A DNA stretch of 64,000 nt from IMG/VR virus record IMGVR_UViG_3300034418_003613, positions 13,088-77,087 of that record. One strand, 5' to 3'. Below are positions 29,672 to 44,800 of this stretch, piece by piece (position 1 is the stretch's first letter; each line of letters opens with the position of its first letter). The position numbers and the translations under genes were made by a program. The notes beneath the pieces were generated by a model. It saw only the letters and a program-made list of their open reading frames with translations. It was not told the origin of the DNA and searched no databases. The DNA is from a virus.

Positions 29672-32600
29672 ATGGCAACATATATACCTGGTGTAGAATC
29701 ATATCTGCCGGAGTTCAAACCGTTTACTCCTGACTATAAGTTTTTGTCTGATGTTTTAGATACTAAAACCACTAGATACAACACCAACTACAAGCAGCTT
29801 AATGATCTTTATAGTAAAGTTGTGTATGCTCCTTTATCTAGAGAGGATACACAATCTATGAGGGCTCAGTATACTGATGGTCTTTCTCAAAAACTTCAGA
29901 AGATCTCAGGTATGGATTTATCATTAATGCAGAATGTAGATGCTGCTAAAGGTGTATTCAAACCTTTCTTTGAAGAAGATACTATTGTGAAGGATATGGT
30001 CATGACCAAGACATATCAAGATGAGAGAGCCTTTGCCAATAGACTTAAGAATGATCCTGATAAGGAAAGATACTCAATGTATAATCCGGATCATGTAAGA
30101 GCAATGGATTATAGAATGCAAGATTTTATAGACGCTGATCCGGAATCTGCATTAAGTGCTCCACTACCCCAGTATGTTCCTGATGTAGATCTATATAATA
30201 TGGGTATTGACCTGTTAAAGGAACAGGGTTTTGAAGTAACTAAAGATATTCTAAGCCCTGGTGGTCAATTTATTGTTAGACAAACTAATGGAAATCTTGT
30301 AACAGCTGAAGCCTTAGAGTTTCTTCAAAGATCTTTTGTTGATGATCCTAGGGTTCAAGAGGCTTACTATACAAAGAGTTTTGTAGAGGGTAGAGATAAA
30401 GCCGCACAGTTTATGGAGCAGGGTGTTGTTAGCTCTGTAGAAGATGGACAGCGTATGTGGGCTAACGAAACCATTGATTACTTTACAAGGTTAGCAGCTG
30501 AAAGAGCAGCAGAGCAAAAGCAAGAGCTGAGCGAGAAGACACATAGTGTTACGAGTTGGGATATCTTTAAGAAGAAGTATGGTATTGTAGAAGGTTCCGA
30601 GCAGGCTAAGATGATGGAAGAAAAGTTTAGTGAGTATCAAGCTTTAAGTCAGAGTTTACAGACTACTAACAATATTATTTCCGAAGGGCTTGTTGATGGG
30701 CAAGGTGAACCTACCCAGACTCTCCTTAATAGAGCATACAACATGACGATGCAGTATAACCTTAAAGAGGACCTGATTGCATCAGCAAGACAGTACGCTA
30801 AGATGACGGAGTCTACACAAATTACAGGAGAGAATCCAGATTATACTAGAGACCAACAGCATAAGTATGATCTGATGATGGAAGCTATAAAGCAATCTAA
30901 TAGAGAAAGGCTAGCTCAAATGGAAGCAATGCTTGAAGGTGGAGGAGCAGCCAGAGGATTTTTAGATGATGCTTTAGCAACTCCTGTTGGAGGAGCTGCT
31001 ACATTGACTGTTGCTGCAGGCAAAGATGGTAAAGTATTCGATGTGCTTGCTACTAATAATCAAAAAATTGCAGAGGCTAACAATGAACTTATTGGTGGTA
31101 AAATAGGCGCAGTTCTTGCGGCTTTACCATATTTTCAACCTGATGTAAATCGTAATAATTCTTATACTATTACTTTAGGTGGGGAAGAAGTTAGCGGATC
31201 TCTTGATCAACTAACGAAGAGATTGAGCAAAGTAAATTCGGAGGACAATACTTATGTCTATGAAGAGGACATTAATAAAATGTATTCAGAATACAATGCC
31301 TATCTGAATCCGCAACCTAATAGTACTGGAATAACTTTGTCTGATGAGGATGCAGCAAAAAAAATATCACAGGACTATCCTTCCATAGTTGGAGATGTAT
31401 ATAAAAACTTAAAGACCCGTTATACAGCAGTTAATAAACGTCAGAGTCGAGTTAACTCTGTTATGGTTGAAAACGGGAATCACCTTAAAGAGCAGTATGA
31501 TAGAATTGTTCAATTAATCAAAACGCAAAAAAGCGGACAGGTGATGGAGCCAAAATATCAGGATGTTTTAAAAGCTATAAATAAAGGTGGTTTAGACTTT
31601 GAGATTATGGTGCCTGCCGGAGATTCTTATAGAATGCTTAGTAAGCAGGAATTTGTAGAGAGATATGTTGAAGGCGCAAGAGCTGGTAAATATGAAGCTA
31701 TTCAAGGTTGGTGGTCTAGAAATACAGTTCTTGGGCAAAAGTCACATTATAATAAGAACTATCTAAAAAATGTTAATTATAGAGCTCCTTTGGATTTAAC
31801 TCCTCCTCCAAACAGATTTGTATTTGCGGAGGATGAAGCCATGAAGGATGCATCAGAATTGTACGATATCATGTACAATATGCTTAACAATACTCAGAAT
31901 GGTAAGTATACTGGAGAGGCTGAGCAGATTAAAGATTTTAGAGAAGATGGTAAGGATATAAATACTGACGTACGTGATCAAAGGTTTTTTACCACATATA
32001 ATGCTGGTTCTGGTTTGATGGGAAGACCTCAAACAGGTACTGTTGAAGATCTTGTTATGTATCCTGGACAGCGGTATATTATTAATCCTAGTACAATAGG
32101 GTCTTATGATAGTGAGTTATTACGGCAGGAACTTTCGTATGCTGCTAGACAAATAACTAGTGCTGGTGATCAAGGTATAACAATACAACCTGGAGATATG
32201 CAGGATGAAGATTCTAACTTTGATGCACCTTCAGATTCTGTAGCTGAACAGATAATTAATGCATTTTTAAGAGATCTCAATGCGTATAGTATTACTCCAA
32301 AAGCTCAGAAAGGTACACCTCCTTCAGCTACTTTTACATACTACCCTGTATATGGAAACCCAGAAGATCTTGAGAAGGAACACGCAGCTTACGTATTTGA
32401 AATTGACGACCAGTGGATTAGAGAAAACACAGGTTTACTTTCTACAGGTGGTCAAAAGGATAGACCTATCAGCGCTTTTGAGTTAGCAAAGTATCGTACT
32501 ATAACAGTAGGCTTTAGAAAAGAGAATGACATAAATCCAGCTAGAGAAGGTCAGTTTAATTTTTCTGATGTAATATCAGATATTAATTATAATGATAATC

Positions 32601-32890
32601 ATCAGTATTATAATAAGTTTGATAAAGGTGGTGTTATGAGAGTTACTAGAAACGGTGATGGTGAGTACATGGGGCATATAACTCTTCAGCAGTTTGATGA
32701 TCAAACTGGTAGATTTTTAGATTTACCAGAGCAATCTATTAACCTAATGGAATATATGCGAGGTCAAGATCCAGAAATGTATTTGGATGCAGCCGTTTAT
32801 GAATTAGAACAAAAGACTATTGCTTCTAAGGCTGAAGCAAATAACAAGCTATATCAAGAGTGGAGTGCAGCTAATAAAGCAGAAAAGTAA
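29672..32890 (+). CDS. Virion cargo/ejection protein
   Basis: 1072 aa, helical, no Cys. N-terminal 'FKPFTPDY'. Directly upstream of the virion RNAP. Confidence 0.55.
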   Translation: MATYIPGVESYLPEFKPFTPDYKFLSDVLDTKTTRYNTNYKQLNDLYSKVVYAPLSREDTQSMRAQYTDGLSQKLQKISGMDLSLMQNVDAAKGVFKPFFEEDTIVKDMVMTKTYQDERAFANRLKNDPDKERYSMYNPDHVRAMDYRMQDFIDADPESALSAPLPQYVPDVDLYNMGIDLLKEQGFEVTKDILSPGGQFIVRQTNGNLVTAEALEFLQRSFVDDPRVQEAYYTKSFVEGRDKAAQFMEQGVVSSVEDGQRMWANETIDYFTRLAAERAAEQKQELSEKTHSVTSWDIFKKKYGIVEGSEQAKMMEEKFSEYQALSQSLQTTNNIISEGLVDGQGEPTQTLLNRAYNMTMQYNLKEDLIASARQYAKMTESTQITGENPDYTRDQQHKYDLMMEAIKQSNRERLAQMEAMLEGGGAARGFLDDALATPVGGAATLTVAAGKDGKVFDVLATNNQKIAEANNELIGGKIGAVLAALPYFQPDVNRNNSYTITLGGEEVSGSLDQLTKRLSKVNSEDNTYVYEEDINKMYSEYNAYLNPQPNSTGITLSDEDAAKKISQDYPSIVGDVYKNLKTRYTAVNKRQSRVNSVMVENGNHLKEQYDRIVQLIKTQKSGQVMEPKYQDVLKAINKGGLDFEIMVPAGDSYRMLSKQEFVERYVEGARAGKYEAIQGWWSRNTVLGQKSHYNKNYLKNVNYRAPLDLTPPPNRFVFAEDEAMKDASELYDIMYNMLNNTQNGKYTGEAEQIKDFREDGKDINTDVRDQRFFTTYNAGSGLMGRPQTGTVEDLVMYPGQRYIINPSTIGSYDSELLRQELSYAARQITSAGDQGITIQPGDMQDEDSNFDAPSDSVAEQIINAFLRDLNAYSITPKAQKGTPPSATFTYYPVYGNPEDLEKEHAAYVFEIDDQWIRENTGLLSTGGQKDRPISAFELAKYRTITVGFRKENDINPAREGQFNFSDVISDINYNDNHQYYNKFDKGGVMRVTRNGDGEYMGHITLQQFDDQTGRFLDLPEQSINLMEYMRGQDPEMYLDAAVYELEQKTIASKAEANNKLYQEWSAANKAEK

Positions 32891-32898
32891 GATATAAT

Positions 32899-35800
32899 AT
32901 GGATTTACCTAATGAACCAAATGTAGAGCAGGACTCTAAGGTACCAGGCGCAATAGATATTCCACCTTCTGTTCCTACAGATAATTTTGTGTTTCAACCA
33001 TCTGACAGTTGGTTGGATACACCAATGACTCAGGAATTTACCGCAACTCTTGATCCTGACTATGTAGCGCAGATAGAACACTACAAACCTATCATAGATA
33101 GATATGCGCCTGGTTCCTTAGCTAATTTTAATACACCATTTCCAGGACAGTCTGTAAACCAATATAATCCTGTAAGCCAGCAGACTGCTCCTGATATCTC
33201 TACTGCAGAAGGAGCATTAAGAGATTTACAGATGACTTTAGATCAAGGCATGTCTGTAGATGCTATGGGTACTGTAAAGCAACGCAAGATTCAGGATCCA
33301 ATATTTGCTTCTAGAAAAGCTTCACAGTTTGATAGATATTATGAGCATCCCAAGTTTGCTGAGTTAGGATTCCATCCTTATGCAAACAATGAGCAGTTTT
33401 ATAATACTAACTCAGACATCTTTGATGATATGTCTAGGATGAGTGGTCAGTTTGGACAACTTGTTGGTTCTGGATTTATCAGTACATATAGAAGTATTGG
33501 AGATCTTTTTGATCAAGATGAGAGTTACTTTACCCAACCAGACCTCCAAACTGCTGATGAATTTGAAGAAGCTATGGCTATTGGTATGTCTACACGAGAA
33601 GGTGTGGGTGCATTTGCCAACAACCTGTTATTGAATTCTGGTTACACAGTTGGTATTATTGGGTCTATTGCATTAGAAGAATTAGTATTAGCTGGTCTAA
33701 CTGCAGTAACTGGTGGTGCTGGTAGTGCTGCACTTGCTGCTGGTACGGCTAGGAATGTTGGTAGATTAGGGCAGGTTGTAGCCAACTCTTTTAAACTGCC
33801 ACGACTAGCTAAAGCTACCCGGCAGATGCTGCAGACTCTTAACCAGACTGACAATGCTAGAGATTTCTGGAAGGCCACAAAGTCTGGTGAATGGGGTATC
33901 ATGGGTACATTGTTTGCACCAGAGACTATGGCTGCTGTCAAGAGTTTAAAGACTGGTAAGAATGCTGCACAGAACTTAACCAACCTTGCTAAAGCTCAGA
34001 ATGTATTTGGTGGTTTCTATAGAGACTTAAGAGCTGTCAACCTTGCTTTTGCTGAGAGTAAGCTTGAGGGTGGTATGGTTTATAACCAACAGATTCAGAA
34101 TGGTTTAGCTATTCAAGAGGCTAAGGGAGACCTGAGTCCTGAAGCATTAGATCGTGTTAGAGAGGGTGCTGATAGAGCTGCCTTTGGTACTATCATGATG
34201 AATGCTCCTTTGATTTACTTCTCTAACCGGCTTGTATTAGATAATGCGCTGGGTGGATTTAATAAGTCTCTGGGTAGATTGATGAATGATAAGATTACCG
34301 GTGTAGGTAGAAAGATCATTCAAACCACCAAGACCATTGGTAAAGATGGGAAGATTGCTAGAGATGTCTTTGATATTGCCGAAGATGGTCTCAAAGGCTA
34401 TCTAAAAAGAATGAAGGCTGCAGGCGTCAAAGGGTCATTAAGACTTGGTGCTGGAGCTAGCCTTAGATACTTTGCAGCTAACGTAGCTGAAGGTATTCAA
34501 GAGATAGGACAGGAAGCAATTGGATTTGGTACAAAGCAGTACTATTCTAATTTGATCAATGATCCTATGTATGGAGGAGCGGAGATGGTAGGTACTGCTA
34601 TTTCTTCTGCTGTTGACAGTCAGTTCTCTGAACAGGGTGTTGAGACTTTCTTATCTGGTTTCTTGATGGGTGGTGTTGTACAGGGACCACAGAAGCTCTT
34701 GTTCCAAGGCATGCCGAATCTTTACACAAGAGTTGCTACACCTGAGAAGTATAAAGAGTATAAAGAGAACAAGAAAAAGTTTTATGACAGTCTGAAGGAG
34801 ACTCACAACAAGGCATGGAATGCTATGGCAGAGGATCCTAATGCAGTGTTTGATCCTAACAAATTAAACTTCTTGGTTCAGAAGGAGGTAGCCGCTGAGA
34901 TGAAGAGATCTGCCTATGCTGATGATCAGTTTGGGTTTATGGATGCTAAAGACTTTGGTAAGTTTCAGCAGATGTTTACCATCATGCAAAATGGAACTTC
35001 CGACCTGTTTAGAAAGCAGTTACAAGATTATCTAAACCTTACAGATGAAGAGCTAGTTCAAGCATTCCCTGTATCTAAGAACGAGGTTAAGTCTGGTAAG
35101 CTAAGGGAAAGAATTCAAGATATGATTACTCAGATAGATAAGACTGAGGAAGCATATAATAAGAATAAGGACAAGTTTGAGAATCCTTTTGATCCACAAA
35201 AATTTGACAAAGACTCAAGGGAATATCGTGATGAGCAGCTAAAGCAGATTGCCTATGAGCATGCTAGATATCTCTATATGTTTACAGAGGATGGTTTCAA
35301 TAGAGCATTAGAGAGAGCTGACACAATCTATAATGAATTAGCAAGTGATCCTATCTTAAGTAAGATTGCTGCCAATGACATTACCGTGTTGCTTGATCAA
35401 GATACTTTAGCTAAAGAGGTTGAGACCTTGATGCTTGAGATTGCTACACTTGAGGATACTGGTGAGAATAAAAAACTTAAAGAGCAGAAACTTGAGAGGT
35501 TAACTAAGCTCCAAGCTCTTTATGGAATACTTTCAGATCCTGAGAATCTTACTTCTAAGGGTGTGTTTGATAGAAGAAAGATCAACAAGGTTACAAAAGC
35601 GTTTGAGGCATATGTACAATATCTTGCCGATACAAAGGATGGTTTTGTAGACAGAAAGCGGATCCAAGAAGTTCTTAAGAAAATTGTTGATTATAAGGCA
35701 CTTAAGGGTAGAGCTCGGGTATACGATAAGGCTATCCAGTATCTTTCTAATCCAAAGAATCTTGATGATATTGTTGCAAGACAATATGAGATCAATAAGC

Positions 35801-38800
35801 AAATATTCAAAAGGAATAAGTCAGAGTACATTGAGAGGGTTAAGAAGTATGTAAATAAGAATGAGGCTAATACTCTATTAAATGAGTTAGTCAAACTTGG
35901 CGTATATCCAGATGCAGAACAAGCTACAGAGTTTTTAAAAACAGGTGATGTTAGATATCTATCAATCTTCTTTACTGAACAGGGTATGGTTGACCCTAAG
36001 TTTGACAGAGAGTTATACCAGCAGATTGTTGAGAAGCTTGATGTTTATAAGCAATCTACCGAAGTAGAGGAAGAGCAGACTGCAGAAGAGAAAGAAGTAT
36101 CCGCTGATACTAAGAAGTCTACAGACAAGATTGATGAAGTCTTAGATAATGCTGGAGTAGATGCACCAAGGAGTCAAACCTTTGGGTCTACCAAGAAAGT
36201 AAATCCTGTAGGTAAAACCTTACTACAAAAACTCTACTTAAAGTATAGAACCAATCAAGCTAACTTAGCTAAGAAAGCTAAGAACTGGAGCTCATGGTTA
36301 AATACTAAAGAAGCCCAGGTTGCAAACAGAGCTTATGAGGCTTTAAAGCAGATGTGGTATGCAGAGATTGAGGGTAAGTATAAGACCCAGAAAGCTTTGG
36401 ACGCTGCATATAAATCAGATAAAGGGTTTATTAAGTGGTTGGCTCTGCAAGAAACAAATCCCGATGTTATTGATATTCTTGAGGAGTCTGGTTTAGCTTT
36501 CTCAGATTTCTATAATACCTCTACATCAGAAGAAGTTGCAGATACAGTTGATGCTGAATCTTTTGACGGTGAGGTGGTTGAAGGTAATATCCCAGGTAGT
36601 AGTTATGTGATAGTAAAGTATAGTACTGTAGATGAGACTGGTAACCCTGTTACTTACTATCAGATAAAGACACGAGATAATAAAGATCTCTCTGATGAAA
36701 TTGTGAAAACAGCAGGCATCAGTCCTGGCGCAACGTTTCCTACATTAAATAAAGCTAGTAAGGCTAGAGCCAAGTTGGAAGAGGAGGCTCCTGCAGCAAC
36801 AACATTTGATTTTGATGGTGTTGAAGGGTTATACAGAGGAGCTACAGTTACAGACGAGAACGGTAAGGAGTATGTCATTACGTCTAGTGCTAAGAGTATT
36901 CAGAAGTATAAGAATCTTTCATTGATTCCTATAGATAAGGTTGATCTTAAAGGCAAGGAGAGAAAGGAGGCTACAATTATTGTGAAGCCTGGTAAGTTCA
37001 AGAACAACTACGAATTAGAGAAGATAGGTTTTGAAGCTCTTCCTAAGAATGTAAGTCGTTTAACTTTAGCTGAAGCTGTTAGAGCATATGGTCATCAGAA
37101 TCGTAGAGGTAAAGCTAATGAAGAGAGCAGAGAGGATGCAGGTAAAAGAATTGATGCTATTGTTGAAACTCTTACTCCTGAGGAATTAGGGCAACTTGAG
37201 TTGGTTATAACCCGCAATCCAAATGGTGGGGAAGTAATTCAAGATGAGTTTGCATATGAAGATCAAGAGGCAAACCCTCTGATTTCCAGAGTTGTAGAGT
37301 TATATACTATAGGTCTGCGTATCTCAGATCCAGACATACAGAAGAAAGTTAATAAAGCCCTAAAAGAAAAGGGTATAGAGAAGAGTGATTCTTCTGAAGG
37401 GTTCTTTGCTTACATGCCTAACTCTAATGTACAGATCCGAAACGCTGAAGGTAAAGTAATTGATCCTAGACAGATTGATGATCAGACTGCAAAGAATACT
37501 TTCTTTAGTACGTTGCCTGTGCCCAATGCATTGAGCATTATTAGAGACAACTTTACTATCCAGAAAAACCTTATTCGTTTTGTTGCTGAAAAATTAGGAG
37601 ATGCAGACTCTGTCACTATACCATACTCAGAGTTAGAACAGTCCGGTAATTTTTCTATAGTGCGTAATAATGGCAGTTTTGATTTAAACAGTGATCCCAA
37701 GTCATTAAAAGATCTGGCTTATCATACTGTAGACGGCAACATTATTATTCTTGATAATAGAAAGTTTGCCAGTAAAGAGGGTGAAGTAACGCGTAGGACA
37801 GATATTAAAACTAACATTGATGATGTAGATCAAGAACCTACAAATGAAAAGCTCAAAGAAATGCTTGGTGAGAGCCTTTACAATAAGGCTAGGAATATGG
37901 GAGCATACGTTGCTATCATCAAATCTCCTAATGGTCAGTATACCCTTGCTGAGTTGAAACCTACACAAGCTACTGAAGAGGAGGCTGTTGGTTTATTTGA
38001 AGAGCTTGTTAAACGAGCTGCTCAGACACGTCAAGAAAATTTGTCAGATCCGGAGGACATTACCTCTGATCGGAAGGATCTTTCCTACAATGTTGAGTGG
38101 AACAAAGATTTTAAGACTCGTTTATATATTAAGACTAAGCCTGGTTTTGATGTTCAGATTCAGGTTGATCCTTCTGGAAAGATTAGCCTTAATGTCTACG
38201 ACAAGAATAAGGAAGAGCCTGTTCTAAAGCATACTAAGAAAAGTAAAGGCAAGGAAGGCAAGCCCGCTCCTATTGTTTTCCACCATTCTGCAATTGAAAC
38301 TATTGTTGATAGTGGTGATTATGCTGCTGCACTAGACAATCTATTTGACACCTTCAACCAGCAGGAAGCGGCTAAGGCACTTGGTTTAAAACTTGAGAAG
38401 TCCAACATTAGTAAGAGTTTTGAGAAGCAAGCTGATGTTGATACCATTATTGAGAACACTACTACTACTCTTGATGATAGGGTTAGATTCAATTACAGAC
38501 TTACGCTACAACAGGATTCTGCAGATATAGAAGCAGGCAGAAATGTTCCTGATCAGGTTGATGAGTCTAACAAAGAAACTAAAGAAGAACAGAAAGATAA
38601 TGAGACTCTAGAGGAGAAGATAGAAAGAATGAGTCAAGAGAACGAAGCAGCTTCAAATGAAGCTGCTGAGACAGAAGATCCTGAAGTTCAAAATGAGTTA
38701 AGCATTAAAGAATTAAAAGCACTAAAAAAAGCAAGAAGGCTTGAGATAATTGAAGAGCAAAAGAACTTACCTAAAGATCAACGACAAAAGAATCTTAACA

Positions 38801-41800
38801 AGTATATTCAGAATGATCCTGAGATAAAAAGACTTACTAATCTAATTGCAAACAATTCTGCTAATAAGATTGTGTCACCAAATCTTTCTTTCTCAGACGT
38901 AGAGGACATCAATGTATTTAAGTCTTGGGCAGAGAATGCCTTGCCTGACTTTATTTCTATAGATGACATTACAACTCTAGGTGATAACCTCAAGGCCGGT
39001 GGTGTAAGAGTTGGCGCTTTTGTTTTGGATCTGCATGATATTGCCGGTAATACCACAGTTAAAGGAACAATCTACACTGGAGCCAGCAATCCATTTAGAT
39101 ATCATGAAGCATTCCACTCTGTCTTTAGACTTCTTCTTACAGATCAAGAGATAGATAAGTATCTGGGTATAGCGCGAAGAGAGGTGAGAGAAAAGCTTAG
39201 AAGGGAGGGTAAGAACTTTAAGACTGAGTTAGAAAAGTTTAGAAACTCTGCTGACACATATACTAATATGTCAGAGGCTAGATTGATTCAAGAATACTAT
39301 GAAGAATATTTAGCAGATCAGTTTGAGTTGTTTAAGACTAACCCTAGAGCTACTCAGACCAGTAGTGAGAATAAGTCTTTGTTTACTAGAATTCTTGAAT
39401 GGATTAGAGCTGTTCTTGGAAACTATACTAAGAACGAACTTACTGAGTTATTTGAGAACATTGACGCTGGAAAATATAAATCAGCATCTACTGTAATAAA
39501 CAGATTTACAGATGCTGCTATACAAGGTGTAACTATCCAGGCTAATGCCCTTCTTCCATATGATGAGATTAAGTCTGATGACGGCACCTCATACAAACTA
39601 TATATATCTGCTGAGGCAGCAAGTAGTTTAGTGCGTAGCATGTCGGCTATCTATATTCAACGAGAGGAGAATAATACAGATCCTAATAAGACTAGAGATA
39701 ATCTTCTAGACGAAGTAATAGAAGACTTTCAGAAGTTATATGACTGGCAGGATCCAATGAATGAAGATCTTGATCCTGATCAGATTGATTCAATGTTGAA
39801 CTATGAGTCTGTCTTTGTTGGCTATAGAGATGCTCTAAAAAGATCTTTGAAAAAATATCTTGCTCTGGTAGATATAAGCTTTGATGAGCAGATCTATGTT
39901 GCAGAGCAGAAGGAAGACAATGAAGGATTAAGAGGTGTTGATGATTGGGACAAGGATGCATCCTTGATTGGGGGCTTTAGTTCTTTATCTGCAAGCTTGC
40001 GTAGATTCATAATGAGTACAACTGTGGCAGAGAGTGATGTCTTTGGTCACACTGAGGTAAAGAAGGGTGAGAAACTTATTGTACCTGTAAACTTTAATGA
40101 AGCATATAATGGTTTATTAAAAGCTGTAAGAAGTACAACAGATCCTGGTGCGCTTTTACGTCAGATGTATTTGTTTGGTCAGAATAATCCACAGACCGAA
40201 GCTGTTGTTAATAGACTCTTTAGTGCAATTGGAGTTACTTATGAACAGATATTAACTGAAGAGAACTGGGAATCTGGTGTAAAGAGACCTTTGTTCTTTA
40301 ACTCTGTCATCAAAGGATTGGAGAATTTCCGTGTTGACTACTTATTTATCCATAGAGACTCTGGTAGTGGTAGGATCTATACCTATAGTGCTGCAAATAG
40401 AGATGATGCAAATACTCAGATAGACAGATGGGGTCAAGCTTATTCTAGATTATACCGTGATAAGCTTAGAGTAGATGGAGCGTTTAGGACAGAAGCTGTG
40501 AATTTCTTAGATAGATTCTATAGACAGCTTGGTAAAAATCCTAAAAGTATGACTGATCAGAAGCTTGATGAAGAAGTAAGAAAGCTTCAGACAGGTTTCA
40601 GAGAGTATTTAGGTATACAATTAAGCAGGCAATATCTTGAGCTTCACTTTATAAATAGACTACAGAATCTTACAGATAATCAGACTCTTAGGAAAAAGGA
40701 GTTTAAAGATGTTGTTACACTAGATCAAGAGGATGTAAGTAACATGAAGGCTGCTGTAGAGAATAATGAATATCTGTTCAGCACTTCTGATACAGGCATG
40801 CAAGGTGTCCTAAAAAGAATATCATTATCTAATGCTCCTTTTGATGAAACTGTAGGTGCTTCTGTATTTAAGAATGCTAATGGTGATTTAGTATTTGCTC
40901 ACCAGAAACCAACTCTTCATTTAAAAAAGGTAGCTGCATTAAATGGAGTGGATAAGCTGGAAGAGCTGAGAGAGAAAGAAGAAATAGAAGGTGTAAGATA
41001 TCTAGAGAATAACTATCTTTTGAATGATCCGGCTTTCAAAGAGATGTCTTTAGAAAGAAGACTAAAGGTCACTAGAGTATCAGGGTCTAAGGTAGGTAAG
41101 ATTGAAGCTGGCGAGGATGGTATTGAAGAACAGGGTAGGTCTGAAGGAAAAACCTATGGTGATTTTACAGCAAAGGAATTTGCTGCAGCTTTGGTTAATG
41201 CCTATACGAATACATTTAATGCAACAACAGGTAGGTTAGATGGTGAGATTACTATCATCAACGATGAAGGTAAGGAAGAAAAGGTGGCAGTTGCACCAGT
41301 TCTTATCCGAGTAATTGAAGCATCTAACACTGGTGATATGATGGAACTACCAGTTATCAAGGCTGTAGAACTTGCTAAGAATGGAAGAGTTGAGTTAACT
41401 GACAAGGCTATGCAAGCCTTTGTAGATAACATCAAGAATGAGTTTAAGAGGATTCAAACTGAGATCTCTCGTAATCCTGCAGATAAAAGAAATATTGAGG
41501 ATTACTACAAGACTGAAGAGGGTAAAGAAGTTGGTAGAAGTGTAACGTTTCATGAGAACGGCACATTGCTTCAGCCTGCTAAAGAGATTGATGTATATTC
41601 AAGATCTGCCACTTTTGTAACATCTGCTACTGCAATAGAAAGATTACGTGAAGGGACGCAGAAAGCCCTTCTTTACGCAGAAGACACTGCTAGAGATGTT
41701 ATCAAGTTTTTAGATACAGATGAGTCCAGACAAGCATTTATCCAAGAGTATAAAAACGAAAAGAATAGAATTGAAACCGTTGTTAATAACTTAGGAAAGG

Positions 41801-44800
41801 TAAAGGTTACCAAAGAGAATAGGGAGGCAATGATAGAATTGCTTGGAGATGCGATATCCAATGAAGAAACGGATCAGTATAAATATTCTTACACTCTTGG
41901 TACAGCAACATATTACTTAGAATCAAGAGACTTAGCAAGATTTTTAGAAGGTAGAAAATCTATGTATGTCTATGTTTTGAGTGATGAATCATTTGCTGGA
42001 ACTAAAGAGAGTGAGGCAGATCAAGCACTAGAGGAAGTTGGCTTGACTCCTAATAACCTCAGAGATTATAAGACTGAGATTGAAGAAGCTATCAGAGAGA
42101 ATCCTGAGTTGAGTTTTGAAGAGGTAATAGAGTCTCTAGGTGGTATGGAATCCTTTGAAGAATTCTTGAGGTATAGACTTGATATGGAGTTTAAGAACTT
42201 TAGGGACCGTGCTAAGTCTCTTATGCCTGAGAGTGAGTATAGTAAGTATATAACGTCAGGTCTTACAACAAAGGCTGGTGTTTCTAGTGGAGAGACTGCA
42301 TTATCCGCTAAGAGATTAAATCTTGTAGAAGGCAACCTTGAGCATAATTTGAAGCAGATCTTCTTTAATGATTTCATAAACACTAGAGCCATAAATCAAA
42401 TATTGCTTGGTGATCCTTCGATTAGTTTAAAGGACGCAGTAGATGCTGTAAAAAGAGCCAAGATGCAGAACGCGGCTTATGATAGTGCAGCTAGTATTAT
42501 CAGTGCTCCAGAATACGGCGTTGAACATCCTGTACAGCAGATGAATCTATTTGGTTTTACAGAACCTAAAGTAGCTGCTACGCACAACCCAGGAGACGTT
42601 ACTAAGAATGCAGATGCTCAGCTGTGGCTTACCTTAAAGTCCTTTAGGTATATGTGGTTTGGTCTTGGTAAGCTGAGTGCAACACAAGCTCAATTATTAG
42701 ATAGAATTGAAAAAGGTGAAGACATTCCGTATGAGGAGCTTTTAGGCAATGCAGATAAATCTAATGAGAGTTTTGCCAAAGTAAAGGCAATGCTAAACTC
42801 TAAGAAGTTTGTCTATGGTGATGGGAAAGTATTTGTAAAGATGTCTGCTTTTACCCTTACCAAGTCATTTACATCAAGACAGGATGAGAATGGAAACTGG
42901 GTACCCAGAGCAAACAAGCTTGCTCTTCACAACCTGAGAGTTAAGATGGAGCAGTTTGAAGAAGCTCAATGGGACAATGGTAACGGTGTAGGTACTATTG
43001 CAATGGCTGCACCTGTCTCAGCATTAAAAATGATGAAGGAGAATATTCAATCTATTGATTCAGTATTAGCTACCGACACTCCTTTTACAGCTGAACAATC
43101 CATGCAGCTTGATGCAAACTTTATGGGTCTTCAAACAGTGAACCCATCTAACAAACTTATAATTACTGACCCTAACCAGATTAAGACAATTGTTACTTCT
43201 GAGCAAAAGGATGATACTGAAGTTATTCTAAATGATGAACTTACTACTATTGGTAAGATTAGGAAGAAATATAATAAAGCTATTCGTGATAGGGTAAGCT
43301 TAAGATATGCTACTAAGAGAAATCTGATATTTGATTTTGACGTTGAGTATGCAATGGAGGCATTGGGTAGAAGTAAAAAGTCTGGTAAAATAGAACCAGA
43401 TCTTTATGTATACCTGCAGTATGCTAGATCTGCTCTTGAAGCATCTAACTCTACAAGTAATATTCTTGAGATGTTCTCTGTTGATAAGAACGGTCAACAG
43501 AAATATAATCTGAATAATCCTCAAACTGTTAAGAAGTTTGAGCAGCTGTTCTTGTCATTCTTCTCTAAAGGTGTATTTGCCGAGAAGACTACAGGTATGA
43601 GTGTTGCTTTAGTATCTGACTACGGCGCAAGAGTTTATAGACGAGTATTCTCTGTGGATGAGAATGGAATGCCAGATAAGCATGAGGTTATTAGAGAAAA
43701 TGTTTGGGAGCAAATGTCAGATAAACCTGATGTTGTTTTTAATATTGATGATGGAGAGAAAGCTCAAGATGATAAGAATCTTACAGGTCTTGCTGCAGCT
43801 ATCAAGAAGGCAGGCTCTAAGGGTGTGGTTATCATTGACCGTCTAAGATCCAACTTGAAAGAGTATGATTCTAAGGGTAAATACACGGGTCAAAGATATT
43901 CTGAAGGTATGCTACCTGCTCACTATACTGAAGTTGGAGACTTGATTGCAAACTCTGATAGACCAATTCCAGATGTTGTTGCTAAAATGTTTGGAGTACG
44001 TATCCCTTCACAGGATAATCACTCAACAATCAATATTAAACTTGTTGATTTCTTACCGGGATTCTATGGGTCTTCTGGTATTTTTAGTAGAGAACTTATT
44101 GAGATATCAGGAGCTGACTTTGATATTGATAAACTCTACATCCAGAGTAAGAACTTTTATGTAAAAGATGATGAGTTTATAGAGTATGGTAAGGCCAAGA
44201 CTAAGAATGGTCAGTATCAAGACTACATTACTGCTATGAATGCCAGCGTTAAAAAGCCTGGTTCAGACTTAACCCAAGCATTAGATAGGTTTAGGAGGTT
44301 TGGAGGTAAAAGACAATTTACTAAAGCTCAGCGTGATAAACTTTTAAAAGCAGGATTCACAGAGAATGCACTTAAAGCATTGAGCGCAACCGGATTACCT
44401 ATAACCTATGCGGAGTATCAAGATCATAAAGAAAACTATGGGGAACCTTATGAAGAGGCTATTGATAATGATGTATTAGACTACAAGTTTGCTCTTATGG
44501 GTAATGAGTATGTTACTAATACACCTGATGCTGAAGTTCCAATCTCATATGAGCCTGCAGACCTTAAACCTTTGACCGAGACATTAAAGAAATTGGCTGA
44601 AGAAGTACCTTACTTCAAGAATATCATAGACAATGAACAAATGGATGTCGATAACCTTCTTGGTAAGCTGTTAAGTTTTGCAGCTAACAAAGAAGGAGCT
44701 GCAAATATTGGATCAGTTGTACTGCCAAACTTGTATTTAAACTTGCTCCAAGAGTATGATGTCAAAATTAAACACATTAAGCAGGGTGGTCAGACAATTA